Assembly (NCBI GenBank): GCA_963770105.1
Contig: CAVYOL010000002.1
Location: 392,247-456,246 of the forward strand
Length of the DNA stretch: 64,000 bases
DNA from: an uncultured Acidimicrobiia bacterium
Lineage (GTDB): Bacteria > Actinomycetota > Acidimicrobiia > IMCC26256 > JAENVU01
Direction: 5' to 3'
The position numbers and the translations under genes are program-made. A model generated the notes under the pieces. The model was not told the DNA's origin and searched no databases. It saw nothing but the letters and a program-made list of their open reading frames with translations. Numbering within the stretch: the first letter of the stretch is position 1; every line of letters begins with the position of its first letter. Positions 1 to 9,670 of the stretch are shown here, in pieces.

Positions 1-264
<264 letters not shown>

Positions 265-267
<3 letters not shown>

Positions 268-1190
268 GCCCGCTCGTCACCTGGGCCGAGCTGCGCGACG
301 CGGCGACGGACCGCCTGCGGTCGGCCGGCATCGAGCAGCCCGGACGTCGAGGTCGGGTGGATGCTCGAGGAGGTCTCCGGACTCGACGCGGCGGAGCAGG
401 TCACCGAGGCGAAGGCACCCGCGACGGTGCGCGCCCGCGACCTCGCTGACCGAGCTGGTCGACCGGCGCGTCGCCGGCGAGCCGCTGCAGTACGTGCTCG
501 GGTCATGGAGCTTCTGCGGCATCGACCTGCTCGTCGACCGCCGCGTCCTGATCCCACGGCCGGAGACCGAAGTCGTCGCGCAGGTCGCGATCGCCGAGGT
601 CGCGCGGCTCGGCCAGCAGGTGGGCAAGGCCGACCCGTGGACGGGCGTGCTGACCTCGTACGCGGTCGTGGACCTCGGGACCGGATCCGGCGCGCTCGGC
701 GATCGCACTCGCGTACGCGCTCCCCGAAGCCGAGGTGTGGGCGACCGACGTCGACCCGGACGCGTTGTCGGTCGCGCGCGCCAACGTCGCGGGGGCCGGC
801 ACACCGTGCGTCCGGGTGCGGCTCACCGAGGGCTCGTGGTTCGCTGCGCTTCCCGACGAGCTGCGGGGCCGGCTGCTCCTGGCGGTCGCGAACCCGCCGT
901 ACCTCGCGGAGACGGAGCTGGCCGGGCTGGACCGCGAGGTCGCCGACTGGGAGCCGGTCGGCGCGTTGGTCAGCGGACCTACGGGGCTCGAGGCGTTCGA
1001 AGCGATCCTCGCGGCCGCCCCGGAGTGGCTCGATCCCACCGGGACCGTCGTCCTCGAGCTCGCCCCGGACCAGGTGGAGGCGGTGACTGCGCTCGCGCGC
1101 GCGGCGGGGTTTCGTGCGGTCGAGGTCCACCGGGACCTGGCCGGCCGCGACCGGGTGCTCGTCGCGCGCCTCAGCGAGACCACTGGGTAG
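265..1190 (+). CDS. prmC: Release factor glutamine N5-methyltransferase (frameshifted in the assembly; start approximate)
   Basis: GEPLQYVLG, LIPRPETE, VVDLGTGSGA and NPPY motifs spread across frames; directly after prfA. Confidence 0.92.
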
Positions 1191-1199
1191 GGTGCCACC

Positions 1200-1415
1200 G
1201 TGGCTGATGAGCTGGATGTCGATGCGATGTTGGCCCGGTTCCGCGACCGGGCCGCGCGCGTGAAGGACCGGGGGATGCCGCCGGTGGCTGGCCCCGAGCG
1301 CGAGCGGTTCCTGGAGCAGGCCGCGATGGACTTCCAGGACTACGCGATCGTCGGCGACGCGACCTGGACCTTCGAGGACGGCGTGCTCACGCTGCGCGTC
1401 GACCTCGGCTCCTGA
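1200..1415 (+). CDS. Small hypothetical protein (71 aa)
   Basis: Clean ORF with GC-rich third positions; stop overlaps next start (TGATG). Confidence 0.7.
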   Translation: MADELDVDAMLARFRDRAARVKDRGMPPVAGPERERFLEQAAMDFQDYAIVGDATWTFEDGVLTLRVDLGS

Positions 1416-1690
1416 TGGACTTCCTGACCCGCGCCGACCTCACGGGTCGCATCCGCGGCCTCGTGATCATGCTGGACGAGAAGATCACGATCGACCAGTC
1501 CCGACGTGCCGACGAGCTCGTGGACGGAGACGAGTTCGCCGCCGCGCTCGAGACGCTCGCGTCGTTCCTCGCCGACGGGGAGACCGCGCTTGCCGACGAC
1601 CTGCGCGTCGACTTCGACCGGCTCTCCACCCAGGTCGGCAACCACGATGCGGTGATGGGGATCCTCGCCCGCTGCCCGGTCGAGCCGTAG
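1415..1690 (+). CDS. Small acidic helical protein, MafI-type immunity-like (91 aa)
   Basis: ELVDGDEFAAALETLASFL resembles the ExxxALETLxxxL core of MafI-family proteins; coupled start. Confidence 0.5.
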   Translation: MDFLTRADLTGRIRGLVIMLDEKITIDQSRRADELVDGDEFAAALETLASFLADGETALADDLRVDFDRLSTQVGNHDAVMGILARCPVEP

Positions 1691-1703
1691 CCGGACGTTC
1701 GGT

Positions 1704-2093
1704 TCAGTCCATCCGTTCGTTGGGATCGAGGCGCTGCAGGAACGCACGGTCGACCGCGATCCAGATCGTCTTCGAGAACGGGTAGAAGACGATGGGACCG
1801 ATCGCCATGATCGGCACGAGCACGATCAGCAGCGGGATCACCGGGACGTCCGGGATCGTCGCGATCAGCAACGCCACGAACACGACGGCGAACAACGCAC
1901 CGATGGCCATGATGTTGATCGCGAGCGCGCCGGCGAAGTAGCCGGGCTCCCGCTCGAAGTGGAGGCCGCAGCTCGGGCAGTCCGGCACCATCGTCAGGTA
2001 GTGGTGGAACAGGTGACCCGAGCCGCACCGGGCGCACCGCCGCGTCGCACCCCACCTGAGGACCTTGGATCGACTCGGCGCGCTGGTCGGCAC
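1704..2093 (-). CDS. DUF983-family membrane protein (two CxxC pairs plus two TM helices)
   Basis: RCARCGSGHLF...CPSCGLHFEREPGYF followed by two hydrophobic helices. Confidence 0.8.
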   Translation of the reverse strand: MPTSAPSRSKVLRWGATRRCARCGSGHLFHHYLTMVPDCPSCGLHFEREPGYFAGALAINIMAIGALFAVVFVALLIATIPDVPVIPLLIVLVPIMAIGPIVFYPFSKTIWIAVDRAFLQRLDPNERMD

Positions 2094-2141
2094 GATCGGT
2101 CAACATAGCGGCCACCGAGGAAATCGACCCGATCGCAAGGG

Positions 2142-2795
2142 GTGCCCGTGACGACACTGGACCGCGCCACCGTTGATCATCTGCTCACGACCACCCGGGC
2201 GGTGCGCAAGCGGCTCGACTTCGACCGACCCGTCGAGCCCGAGGTCGTCGAGGAGTGCCTGCGCCTGGCGATCCAGGCGCCGACGGGTGGCAACTCGCAG
2301 GGCTGGCGCTGGATCGTCGTGACCGATCCGGCCACGCGCCTGGCGCTCGCCGAGCTCTACCGCAAGGTGTGGGGCCCGTACATCGCGGCGAGCCGCGCCG
2401 CCGCGCCCGACTCGAACGCGCAACAGGAGCGGGTCATGGACTCCGCGAGCTTTCTCGCCGAGCACTTGCACGAGGTACCGGTGTTCGTCATCCCGTGCAT
2501 CTACGGCGGACTCGGGAATGGTCAGCTGGTCGACACTGCGGGTCTCTTCGGCTCGATCTACCCCGCGGTCTGGAGCTTCCAGCTCGCGCTGCGCAGCCGC
2601 GGGCTCGGCTCGGCGTTCACCACGTTGCACCTGCCGTTCGCGGACCGGGCTGCCGAGCTGCTCGGCATCCCGGACGGCGTCCTGCAGACCGCCCTCATCC
2701 CGGTCGCGTACTTCCGCGGCGACGACTTCCAGCCCGCGCAGCGGCGCCCGGTGGAGGAGATCACGTACTGGAATGGCTGGAAGCAGCCCCGGTAG
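2142..2795 (+). CDS. Nitroreductase family protein
   Basis: LLTTTRAVRKRLD, QAPTGGNSQGWRW, LALRSRGLGSAFTT. Confidence 0.9.
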   Translation: MPVTTLDRATVDHLLTTTRAVRKRLDFDRPVEPEVVEECLRLAIQAPTGGNSQGWRWIVVTDPATRLALAELYRKVWGPYIAASRAAAPDSNAQQERVMDSASFLAEHLHEVPVFVIPCIYGGLGNGQLVDTAGLFGSIYPAVWSFQLALRSRGLGSAFTTLHLPFADRAAELLGIPDGVLQTALIPVAYFRGDDFQPAQRRPVEEITYWNGWKQPR

Positions 2796-2805
2796 CGCGA
2801 GCTCG

Positions 2806-4323
2806 TCAGGCGAGGATGTTCGCACCGCCGTCGGCGCGGAGGCGGACGGCGGTTCCCTCCCACGCGTCGACGCACATCGAATGCATCGCTTCGGGGTCGC
2901 GGGTGTTCGCGAGCGCTCGGCTCCCATCAGGAGTGAGCGCGGCGATGAGCCCGACGTTCGGTGCACCGTCGCGGTCGAACACGACGGATGTGGCTTCGAC
3001 GACCGCCTCGCCGTCGACGTCTCCGGCGGGCGCCCGGCGGGGGAGCGCGTCGACCTGACGCTGGGTCTCCGACGGATCGACCGCGACGAAGCCGTTCGCC
3101 GGTGGCGTCGTCGAGTAGAGGCCGACCGAGTGCTTGGTCACGTACCACCCGAGCGCGGTGGCGAGCCCGAAGGAGCCGGGATCGCGCCGGCAGGCGGCGA
3201 CGGTCTCGGCGATGCCGTGCGTCGCGTAGTTGTTGCCGGGACCGCCCGCGAAGCCGAGGCCGCCGGTGCGGGTCAGCGGGCGGGTGTCGCCGGTGGCCGG
3301 TCCACCGAGACCGAGCGCGCGCATCGCCATCTCGACGGCCGCCGGAAAGCAGGAGTAGAGGTCGAAGCCGGTGACGTCGTCGATGCCGATCCCCGCCGCG
3401 GCCAGCGCGGCCGCGCCGGCGATGCCGATCGCGGGTGACTCGGCGAGCGACGCGCGCTCGGTGAAGAAGTAGTGGTCATGAGCGTCGGCACCGGCCCGCG
3501 GGAACACGAGCCGGTCCGCGGGAACCCCGGCGGCAACCGCGGCTCCGTACGAGCACAGGATGAGCGCGGCGGCCTGGTCGACGTCGATGTTGGCGCACAT
3601 CCGCTTCGGGTACGGGAACGTCACCATGCGGTTCTCCGCGGACACGGTGCGGATCTCCTCCGCCGTGTACGGGGTGCGTGACCAGGCGTGGGGGTTCTCC
3701 GCGGCGACGGCCGCGAATCCGCTCCACAGCTCGGAGACGGAACGTTGGTGCTCGTCGACGCCCCGCCCGGCCGCGGCGCGCACCGCGGTCTCGAAGAGCG
3801 GGTACACCTGGGTCGGCGCGAGCGCGAGGTGGGCCATCTCGTACGGGCTGGAGCCCGGACGGTCGTCACCCCAGACGATCGGGCACGGGGGATCGTCGGG
3901 CTCCGACCACGCCAACCAGGCCTTCGGCTCGGTGCGGCGGGCCCGCCAGCGCGTGTGCACGCACTCGGCGCCCCCGAGCAGCACGACGTCGTGCTCGCCG
4001 CGCTGGATCCCGGCCGCGAGCCGGTTCACGAGCATCTGGGGCGTGTTGCCTCCGACCGTCGTCGTGATCGTGGTGCGCGGCGACGCACCCACGCGGCGGG
4101 CCAGCAGCGCGCCCGGGTCCGGGTACTTCCACGAGAGCATCTCGATCGCCGCGACCGTGTCGACCATCGTGAGCAACGAGCCGGGGGCGAGGGCGTCGGC
4201 ATCGGCCGCGCGCACCGCTTCGGCGAGCAGGTCGATCGGCTCGAGCGCCGCGGTGGGATCGTCGACCCGTTGCTGGGACTGGCCGGCGCCGACGATGACC
4301 GGGGTGCGGGGGTCGAGTGGCAT
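2806..4323 (-). CDS. Acetyl-CoA acetyltransferase (thiolase-like, actinobacterial type)
   Basis: MPLDPRTPVIVGAGQ start, GGNTPQ, DLYSCFP, TGGLGFAGGPGNNY. Confidence 0.88.
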   Translation of the reverse strand: MPLDPRTPVIVGAGQSQQRVDDPTAALEPIDLLAEAVRAADADALAPGSLLTMVDTVAAIEMLSWKYPDPGALLARRVGASPRTTITTTVGGNTPQMLVNRLAAGIQRGEHDVVLLGGAECVHTRWRARRTEPKAWLAWSEPDDPPCPIVWGDDRPGSSPYEMAHLALAPTQVYPLFETAVRAAAGRGVDEHQRSVSELWSGFAAVAAENPHAWSRTPYTAEEIRTVSAENRMVTFPYPKRMCANIDVDQAAALILCSYGAAVAAGVPADRLVFPRAGADAHDHYFFTERASLAESPAIGIAGAAALAAAGIGIDDVTGFDLYSCFPAAVEMAMRALGLGGPATGDTRPLTRTGGLGFAGGPGNNYATHGIAETVAACRRDPGSFGLATALGWYVTKHSVGLYSTTPPANGFVAVDPSETQRQVDALPRRAPAGDVDGEAVVEATSVVFDRDGAPNVGLIAALTPDGSRALANTRDPEAMHSMCVDAWEGTAVRLRADGGANILA

Positions 4324-4352
4324 GGCGGGCACCCTACCGACGGGCCGCGGAC

Positions 4353-5144
4353 CTACCCGTCGTCGGGATCGGGATCGGGCGGCACCGGCCACGTCGGCAC
4401 ACCGGGTGCCGCGCTCTCGGGGCAGATCGACCGGTACCGGCAGAAGCCGCAGACCTCGGTCTCGGCGACGCCGGGGAACGACTGCTCGGCCGCGGCGGCG
4501 TGGATCTCGGCCGCGGTCACCCGCAGCTCCTCCTCGATCGCCTCGAGATCCTCGGCGTCGGGCTCGAACGGCTCCGGATCGTCGAGGATCTCCGCGGCGA
4601 GGTGCTCGTAGCGCACCCGCAGCTGGAGGCCCAACCGGTGCGCGATCGGGGCGGCGAGCCACGCCTGGAGCCGCGCCCGTGGGTCGTCGGCGATCCGGTC
4701 GGTCACGACCGAGCCCGTCTTGTAGTCGCGGACCTCGAGCAACCCGTCGTGCTGCCAGACCGCGTCGAGCCGGCCCGTCGCCATGAACATCGGGGCCGGC
4801 CGACGGTGGAAGCGCGCGACCTCGAGCTCGTGCTTCGCGTGCTCGGCCGGGGACGGGCATCGCTGCGCGTGGCGGTCGACGATCCCCGCGACCGCACCGT
4901 CCGCGTCGATGCCGTGGCGCGCGAGCACGTCCTCGACGTGGGCGGGGTCGCGGCACGACCCGCCCAGGTGGACCTGCTCGAGCATCGCGTGCACGAGGTT
5001 GCCGAAGTCCGGCGACGAGCCGGAGTCGCTCGCCGGGAGCCCGAGCACGTGCTGGTTGCAGTACTCCCGCGGGCAGCGGCGCCACATGTCGAGCGAGCTC
5101 GCGCTGATGGGCACGATGTCCGGCAACAACCGCTCGCGAGTCAC
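4353..5144 (-). CDS. PD-(D/E)XK nuclease, RecB/AddB/Cas4-like with four conserved Cys
   Basis: SASSLDMWRRCP, GNLVHAMLE, GRLDAV, EVRDYKTG, CGFCRYRSIC. Confidence 0.85.
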   Translation of the reverse strand: MTRERLLPDIVPISASSLDMWRRCPREYCNQHVLGLPASDSGSSPDFGNLVHAMLEQVHLGGSCRDPAHVEDVLARHGIDADGAVAGIVDRHAQRCPSPAEHAKHELEVARFHRRPAPMFMATGRLDAVWQHDGLLEVRDYKTGSVVTDRIADDPRARLQAWLAAPIAHRLGLQLRVRYEHLAAEILDDPEPFEPDAEDLEAIEEELRVTAAEIHAAAAEQSFPGVAETEVCGFCRYRSICPESAAPGVPTWPVPPDPDPDDG

Positions 5145-5154
5145 GGCGGCCCGT

Positions 5155-5856
5155 TCACCCGTGGGCACCGCAGCCGGCGATGAACGGGCACCAGGCACAT
5201 TCGATGCCGGCGGTCGGAAGCGGGTTCGCCACCCGCGCTCGGATCACCTCGATGCGGGCCCCGAGCCATTCGGAGATCTCCGGCATCACCGCATCGGTGT
5301 CGACGACCTCCTCCACGAGCGTGCCGCGCACGAGGTCCGCGACGGCGACGCGCACGGTCCGGCCCTGCAGCCAGTCGGCGCGCCGCAACAACGCGAAGCG
5401 CACGGCGGGGGTCTCCGCCGACGCGCTCGCCGGGGCGCGGGAGTCGAGCCGGAGCAGGCGGATCTCGGGGCCGTCGGCGGCATCGGTGAACCCGAGGCCG
5501 GCGGGACCCACCAGGCGCAGGTCGCCGGGGATGTCGGTGCCCCACGGGTCTTCGTCGACGGCCCGCACCGGTCGGGGGAAGAGCGTGACGTACCAGCGGG
5601 TGGCGAGGTCGTAGACGCGCGCCTGCTCGGGGGTGAGGTCGGCAGCCGTGCCCGCGAAGCGCTCGACCGTCGGCACCGTCAGGTCGGTATGGGCGAGTCG
5701 TACCTCTTCGGTGACCCGGTTCGAGACCCGCCAGCGCGCGTTGCCGCCGAAGTTGGACCGGGTGTTGACGTGCTCCTTCTGGAGCCGGCGGGCGCAGACC
5801 CGCTCGGCGCGCGCGAGGTGGCCCAGGGTCACCTTCGCGGGCTGGTCCTCCGGCAT
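5155..5856 (-). CDS. Degenerate PD-(D/E)XK/Cas4-like paralog lacking catalytic acidic and Lys residues
   Basis: Same 1+3 Cys frame (ERVCARR...CAWCPFIAGC), but GPAGL/EIRLLRL where the neighbour has GRLDA/EVRDYKT. Confidence 0.6.
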   Translation of the reverse strand: MPEDQPAKVTLGHLARAERVCARRLQKEHVNTRSNFGGNARWRVSNRVTEEVRLAHTDLTVPTVERFAGTAADLTPEQARVYDLATRWYVTLFPRPVRAVDEDPWGTDIPGDLRLVGPAGLGFTDAADGPEIRLLRLDSRAPASASAETPAVRFALLRRADWLQGRTVRVAVADLVRGTLVEEVVDTDAVMPEISEWLGARIEVIRARVANPLPTAGIECAWCPFIAGCGAHG

Positions 5857-5958
5857 TCACCGACCGTAGCGAGTCCATCCGTCAAGGCCGACCGGGAGGT
5901 GGCGATATATCAGGAGTGCCCGAATTTTCTGCCTCCCAGCCCGTAGAATTGCCCGTCC

Positions 5959-7776
5959 ATGTCTGAGCCCTCGGAGCCGTCGTCGATCCCGCCGGAGTCG
6001 GCCGCTCCCGCCGGTTCGGCCGCGCCGAGACCGCACCGCCGCCGCAACCGGCTGATCGTCGCGGGCGTCGTGGTCGTCGTCGTGGTCTGGTCGGCCTTCG
6101 CCGCGCTGCAGCTGATCCAGGCGCGGCGCCACGCGCAGAAGGGCCTCGACCGGCTCGAGTCCGCCCAGCACGATCTCGGGCCGGCGCAGCTGATCCGGGG
6201 CGAGGGCCTCGGCCGGATGAAGGCCGCCCAGGACGAGTTCGACCAGGCCGCGAGCGCGGGTGACTCCTTCGCGCTGAAGCCGTTCACGGTCCTGCCGTTC
6301 GTCGGGCGTCAGGTCCGGTCGGTCTCGGCGCTCACCAGCTCGGCGGCCAAGGTCGTCGACGTCGGCGTCAGCACGATGCAGGCCTCGGTCGAGCGGCTCA
6401 AGAAGCCCACGACGGCCGGTCCCGACCGGGTCGCCCTGGTCAACGAGCTCGGCGCGATCGCGTCCAAGGCCCGGGTCCAGCTGCGGGGCCTGGATCTCGG
6501 GCCCAGCGAGGCGCTGCTCGGCCCGCTCGCGAAGGCCCGGACCAAGTTCAAGCACCAGCTCGACAAGGTCCGCACCTCCATGACCGACGTCGACGAAGCG
6601 TCCAAGGGCATCGGGGAGATGGCCCAGGGACCGTCGAAGTACCTGGTGCTCGCGGCGAACAACTCCGAGATGCGCGCCGGCTCCGGGATGCTGCTGAGCG
6701 CCGGCGTGCTGACGATGCAGAACGGCCAGTTCAACCTCGGCCCGATGACCGACACCGGGTTCCTTCCGGTTCCGCCCGGGGCGGTGCCGATCTCGGGCGA
6801 CCTGGCGGCGCGTTGGGGTTGGACCGACCCCAGCCAGGAGTGGCGGAACCTCGCGATGTCACCGAACTTCCCGGCCAACGCCGAGCTCGCCGCCCAGATG
6901 TGGAAGGCCAAGACCGGCGAGTCGGTCGACGGGGTCATCGCGATCGACCCGATCGGGCTCAAGTCCCTGCTCGAGGTGTCCGGACCGGTGGTCGTCGACG
7001 GCCAGCTGGTCACGACGGACAACGTGGTCCAGGAGACGCTGCTGCAGTCCTACCTGGACTACGGGCCGAACGTCCGTGACGGCGACGTCAACCCCAACTT
7101 CACCCGCCGGGAGCGCTCGAGTGCCATCGCCCGGGCCATCGTGGACCAGCTCGACGCGAAGGGCTGGGACGTGGCCAAGCTCGTCGACGACCTCCAGCAC
7201 TCGGCCCAGGGCCGCCACGTGCTGGCCTGGTCCTCGAAGCCCGAGCAGCAGCGGGGCTGGGAGGCCGCCGGGGTCTCCGGACGCCTCCGCCCGGACTCGC
7301 TGCTCCTGGCCGTCGACAACCGGGCCGGCAACAAGCTGGACCAGTTCCTCCACGTCTCGGCCGCCTTCGAGCACACGCCGGCCACCGCGGGGAGCACGGT
7401 CACCGTCCACATCCACATCGCGAACCAGACGCCCACCACGGGCCTCAACGAGTTCGTCGAAGGGCCGTACTCCTCGGATTTCGTCGCCGGCGAGTACTCG
7501 GGGATCCTCTCGGTCAACATTCCCGGGGTCTCCCGGGCCATCCACCTGGACGGCGGCTCCAAGATCGTCGCCGCCGGCCCGGACGGCCCGACCCGGGTCA
7601 TCGCCACCCAGATGCAGCTCTTCCGGGGCGAGCAGAAGGACTACACGCTCAGCTTCCAGGTGCCGACGGGCTACGAGCACGTGACGATCGAGCCCTCGTC
7701 GAGGTACCCGACGGTCACCTGGACCGCCGACGGCCAGACCTGGCAGGACAACAGCGCCCGGACGATCCGCTGGTAG
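5959..7776 (+). CDS. DUF4012 domain membrane-anchored protein
   Basis: N-terminal TM, helical stalk, YLVLAANNSEMRAGSG, WRNLAMSPNFP, VDGVIAIDP, NKLDQF. Confidence 0.85.
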   Translation: MSEPSEPSSIPPESAAPAGSAAPRPHRRRNRLIVAGVVVVVVVWSAFAALQLIQARRHAQKGLDRLESAQHDLGPAQLIRGEGLGRMKAAQDEFDQAASAGDSFALKPFTVLPFVGRQVRSVSALTSSAAKVVDVGVSTMQASVERLKKPTTAGPDRVALVNELGAIASKARVQLRGLDLGPSEALLGPLAKARTKFKHQLDKVRTSMTDVDEASKGIGEMAQGPSKYLVLAANNSEMRAGSGMLLSAGVLTMQNGQFNLGPMTDTGFLPVPPGAVPISGDLAARWGWTDPSQEWRNLAMSPNFPANAELAAQMWKAKTGESVDGVIAIDPIGLKSLLEVSGPVVVDGQLVTTDNVVQETLLQSYLDYGPNVRDGDVNPNFTRRERSSAIARAIVDQLDAKGWDVAKLVDDLQHSAQGRHVLAWSSKPEQQRGWEAAGVSGRLRPDSLLLAVDNRAGNKLDQFLHVSAAFEHTPATAGSTVTVHIHIANQTPTTGLNEFVEGPYSSDFVAGEYSGILSVNIPGVSRAIHLDGGSKIVAAGPDGPTRVIATQMQLFRGEQKDYTLSFQVPTGYEHVTIEPSSRYPTVTWTADGQTWQDNSARTIRW

Positions 7777-7859
7777 CCTGGTTTCGCGGGGCCACGCACC
7801 GTGGTCGGGGGGCGCGGGCGGTGCCCGGGGCCGGCCCGGCGATTTGGGTCGTATGGCCC

Positions 7860-7888
7860 TTGCCTGATTTCGGTCACCTGACTACACT
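7860..7888 (+). promoter_or_regulatory. Housekeeping sigma70-type promoter of the LPXTG mini-protein gene
   Basis: TTGCCT-N17-TACACT; GGGAGGA RBS before GTG 7940; GTGAACATTCAC palindrome just downstream of -10. Confidence 0.6.
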
Positions 7889-7939
7889 GCGTGAACATTC
7901 ACCATTAGAAGTGCATGCAGGGGCTCTGGGAGGAACGTC

Positions 7940-8236
7940 GTGACGAAGCATTCGATGAGCGGGCGGGCGCTGAAGTTCGCTGCGGCGAGCGGGATCGTGC
8001 TCGGTGTGCTCGTGCCGACGACGGCCGCGATGGCCGCGACCTACCCGAACGGCGGGACCGGCGGGACCGCGACCGACCCGGGTTCCCAGGTGGCCGCGAA
8101 CACCGCGACCAACAACGCGAGCACGCTGCCCTTCACGGGTTCCGACGTCGCCGGCGTGGCGGTCATCGGCGCCGGGGCCGTGCTGGCCGGTGTGGTCATG
8201 GTGCGCCAGTCGAAGAAGCACCGCGCCACCGCCTGA
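7940..8236 (+). CDS. Very small secreted LPXTG (LPFTG) cell-wall-anchored protein
   Basis: Signal peptide ending AMAA, ~30 aa T/G/A/N-rich mature part, LPFTGSD, TM helix, RQSKKHR basic tail. Confidence 0.85.
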   Translation: MTKHSMSGRALKFAAASGIVLGVLVPTTAAMAATYPNGGTGGTATDPGSQVAANTATNNASTLPFTGSDVAGVAVIGAGAVLAGVVMVRQSKKHRATA

Positions 8237-8270
8237 GCGGAGAACATTTCACAACGAGTACTCGCAACGT

Positions 8271-8295
8271 TTGCGGCCGGCTTCGCCGGCCGCAA
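8271..8295 (+). terminator. Intrinsic terminator-like hairpin
   Basis: TTGCGGCCGGC-TTC-GCCGGCCGCAA perfect 11-bp stem 35 nt after the stop; TTTGTT downstream. Confidence 0.65.
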
Positions 8296-8313
8296 CGTCG
8301 CGTTTGTTAGGGA

Positions 8314-9525
8314 TTGAAGCGACGGATCATCGGGCACGCTGCTCTCGTGGCAGCAGGCCCGCAGCCACAAGGGGGAGGTGGCACGTTCGTGGACCCGGGT
8401 GAGGTGTTGTTCCTCAACGAGAACCTCGGCGGTCATGCGTCGATGCACCTCTCGTTGCGCGAAGCGCTCCCCGAGGTGCACCCCGGTCTCGCCGCGGAGT
8501 TCATCGACGTGCCCAGCTCGGGGACGTTGCGCAAGGTCGTCTCGGCGCAGGTCCCGGTGCTCGGCCGGCTCGACCTGGACCTGCACCCGCTGCGGTTCCA
8601 GCTGGCCGAGAGCGAGGTGGCCCGCCGGCTGCTGCGCAGCGCGCTGCGCCGGGCGCAGGGCCCCGACGTCCTGCACGTGTACACGCAGAGCATTGCGTTG
8701 CGCAGCGTGGACGTGCTGCGCTCCATGCCGTCCGTGGTCTCGACCGACGCGACGTTCCTGCAGGGTGCGTTCCACCTGCCCCACCGGCGGCCGACCCGCT
8801 TCACCGGTTCGGCCGTGCGCGTCGCCCAGCCGTTCGAGCGCCGGGTGTACGCCGCGGCGACGTTGCTCGTCGCGCAGTCGGAGTGGGTCGCGGACTCGCT
8901 CCACCGCGCCTACGGCGTCGGCCTCGACCGGATCCGGGTCATCCCCTTCGGGCTGCACCGCGGACCGACTCCCCGGCGTTACGTCCCGGCCGGGCCGCCG
9001 GAGGTGACCTTCGTCGGGGCAACGCTCGACCGGAAGGGGGGCGACCGGCTGCTGCGCGTCTTCCGGGAGCAGCTGCGCGACCGGTGCGTGCTCAACCTCG
9101 TGACCCGCGACGTGATCGCGCCCGAGCCGGGGGTGCGGGTGTTCTCGGACTTCGAGCCCGGCGACCCCCGCCTGCCCGACCTGCTCGCCCGCACGGCGGT
9201 GTTCGCCTTCCCGACCGAGATGGACAACTCGCCCTATTGCGTCCTCGAGGCGATGCGGGCGGGCGTGCCCGTCGTCACGACCCGGGTCGGCGCTTTGCCC
9301 GAAATGGTCGAAGACGGCAGGACGGGCCTGCTGGCCACGCACGACGACGCCGCCCTCGGCGCGGCGATCCGTGCGCTGCTCGACGACCCCGATCGGGCCG
9401 AGGGCATGGGCGCCGCCGGCCGCGCCCGCTTCGACGCGGTCTACGACGCTCGGGTCACGACCCGCCAGCTCCTCGACGTCCTGACCGAGGCGCGTGAGCG
9501 CCATTCGCTCGCGGTAGCCGCGTGA
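8314..9525 (+). CDS. Glycosyltransferase family 4 (start may be slightly downstream)
   Basis: FAFPTEMDNSPYCVLEAMRAGVPVVTTRVGALPEMV..G.TG GT-B motif. Confidence 0.88.
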   Translation: MKRRIIGHAALVAAGPQPQGGGGTFVDPGEVLFLNENLGGHASMHLSLREALPEVHPGLAAEFIDVPSSGTLRKVVSAQVPVLGRLDLDLHPLRFQLAESEVARRLLRSALRRAQGPDVLHVYTQSIALRSVDVLRSMPSVVSTDATFLQGAFHLPHRRPTRFTGSAVRVAQPFERRVYAAATLLVAQSEWVADSLHRAYGVGLDRIRVIPFGLHRGPTPRRYVPAGPPEVTFVGATLDRKGGDRLLRVFREQLRDRCVLNLVTRDVIAPEPGVRVFSDFEPGDPRLPDLLARTAVFAFPTEMDNSPYCVLEAMRAGVPVVTTRVGALPEMVEDGRTGLLATHDDAALGAAIRALLDDPDRAEGMGAAGRARFDAVYDARVTTRQLLDVLTEARERHSLAVAA

Positions 9526-9670
9526 CGGTTGTGTTTCCGGGGAAATCGCGACCGGGGCCCGGTGCTAAGTTCACCGATTCGGGCGGATGGATCACACCCT
9601 GTCGTGGAAGTGAGAATGCCTCAGGTGCCGACGCCCCTCGGTCGAAGAAATGATGTGGCCAACATGACGA

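Noticed and set aside
4353-5856. Cas4-like genes as evidence of a CRISPR-Cas system
   Set aside because: No repeat-spacer array or other cas genes were seen in the window.
5881-5907. Sigma28-like motif upstream of DUF4012 (GTCAAG-N14-GGCGATA)
   Set aside because: Spacer is 14 nt and the -10 has a mismatch; a TAGAAT -10 close to the ATG is a simpler explanation.
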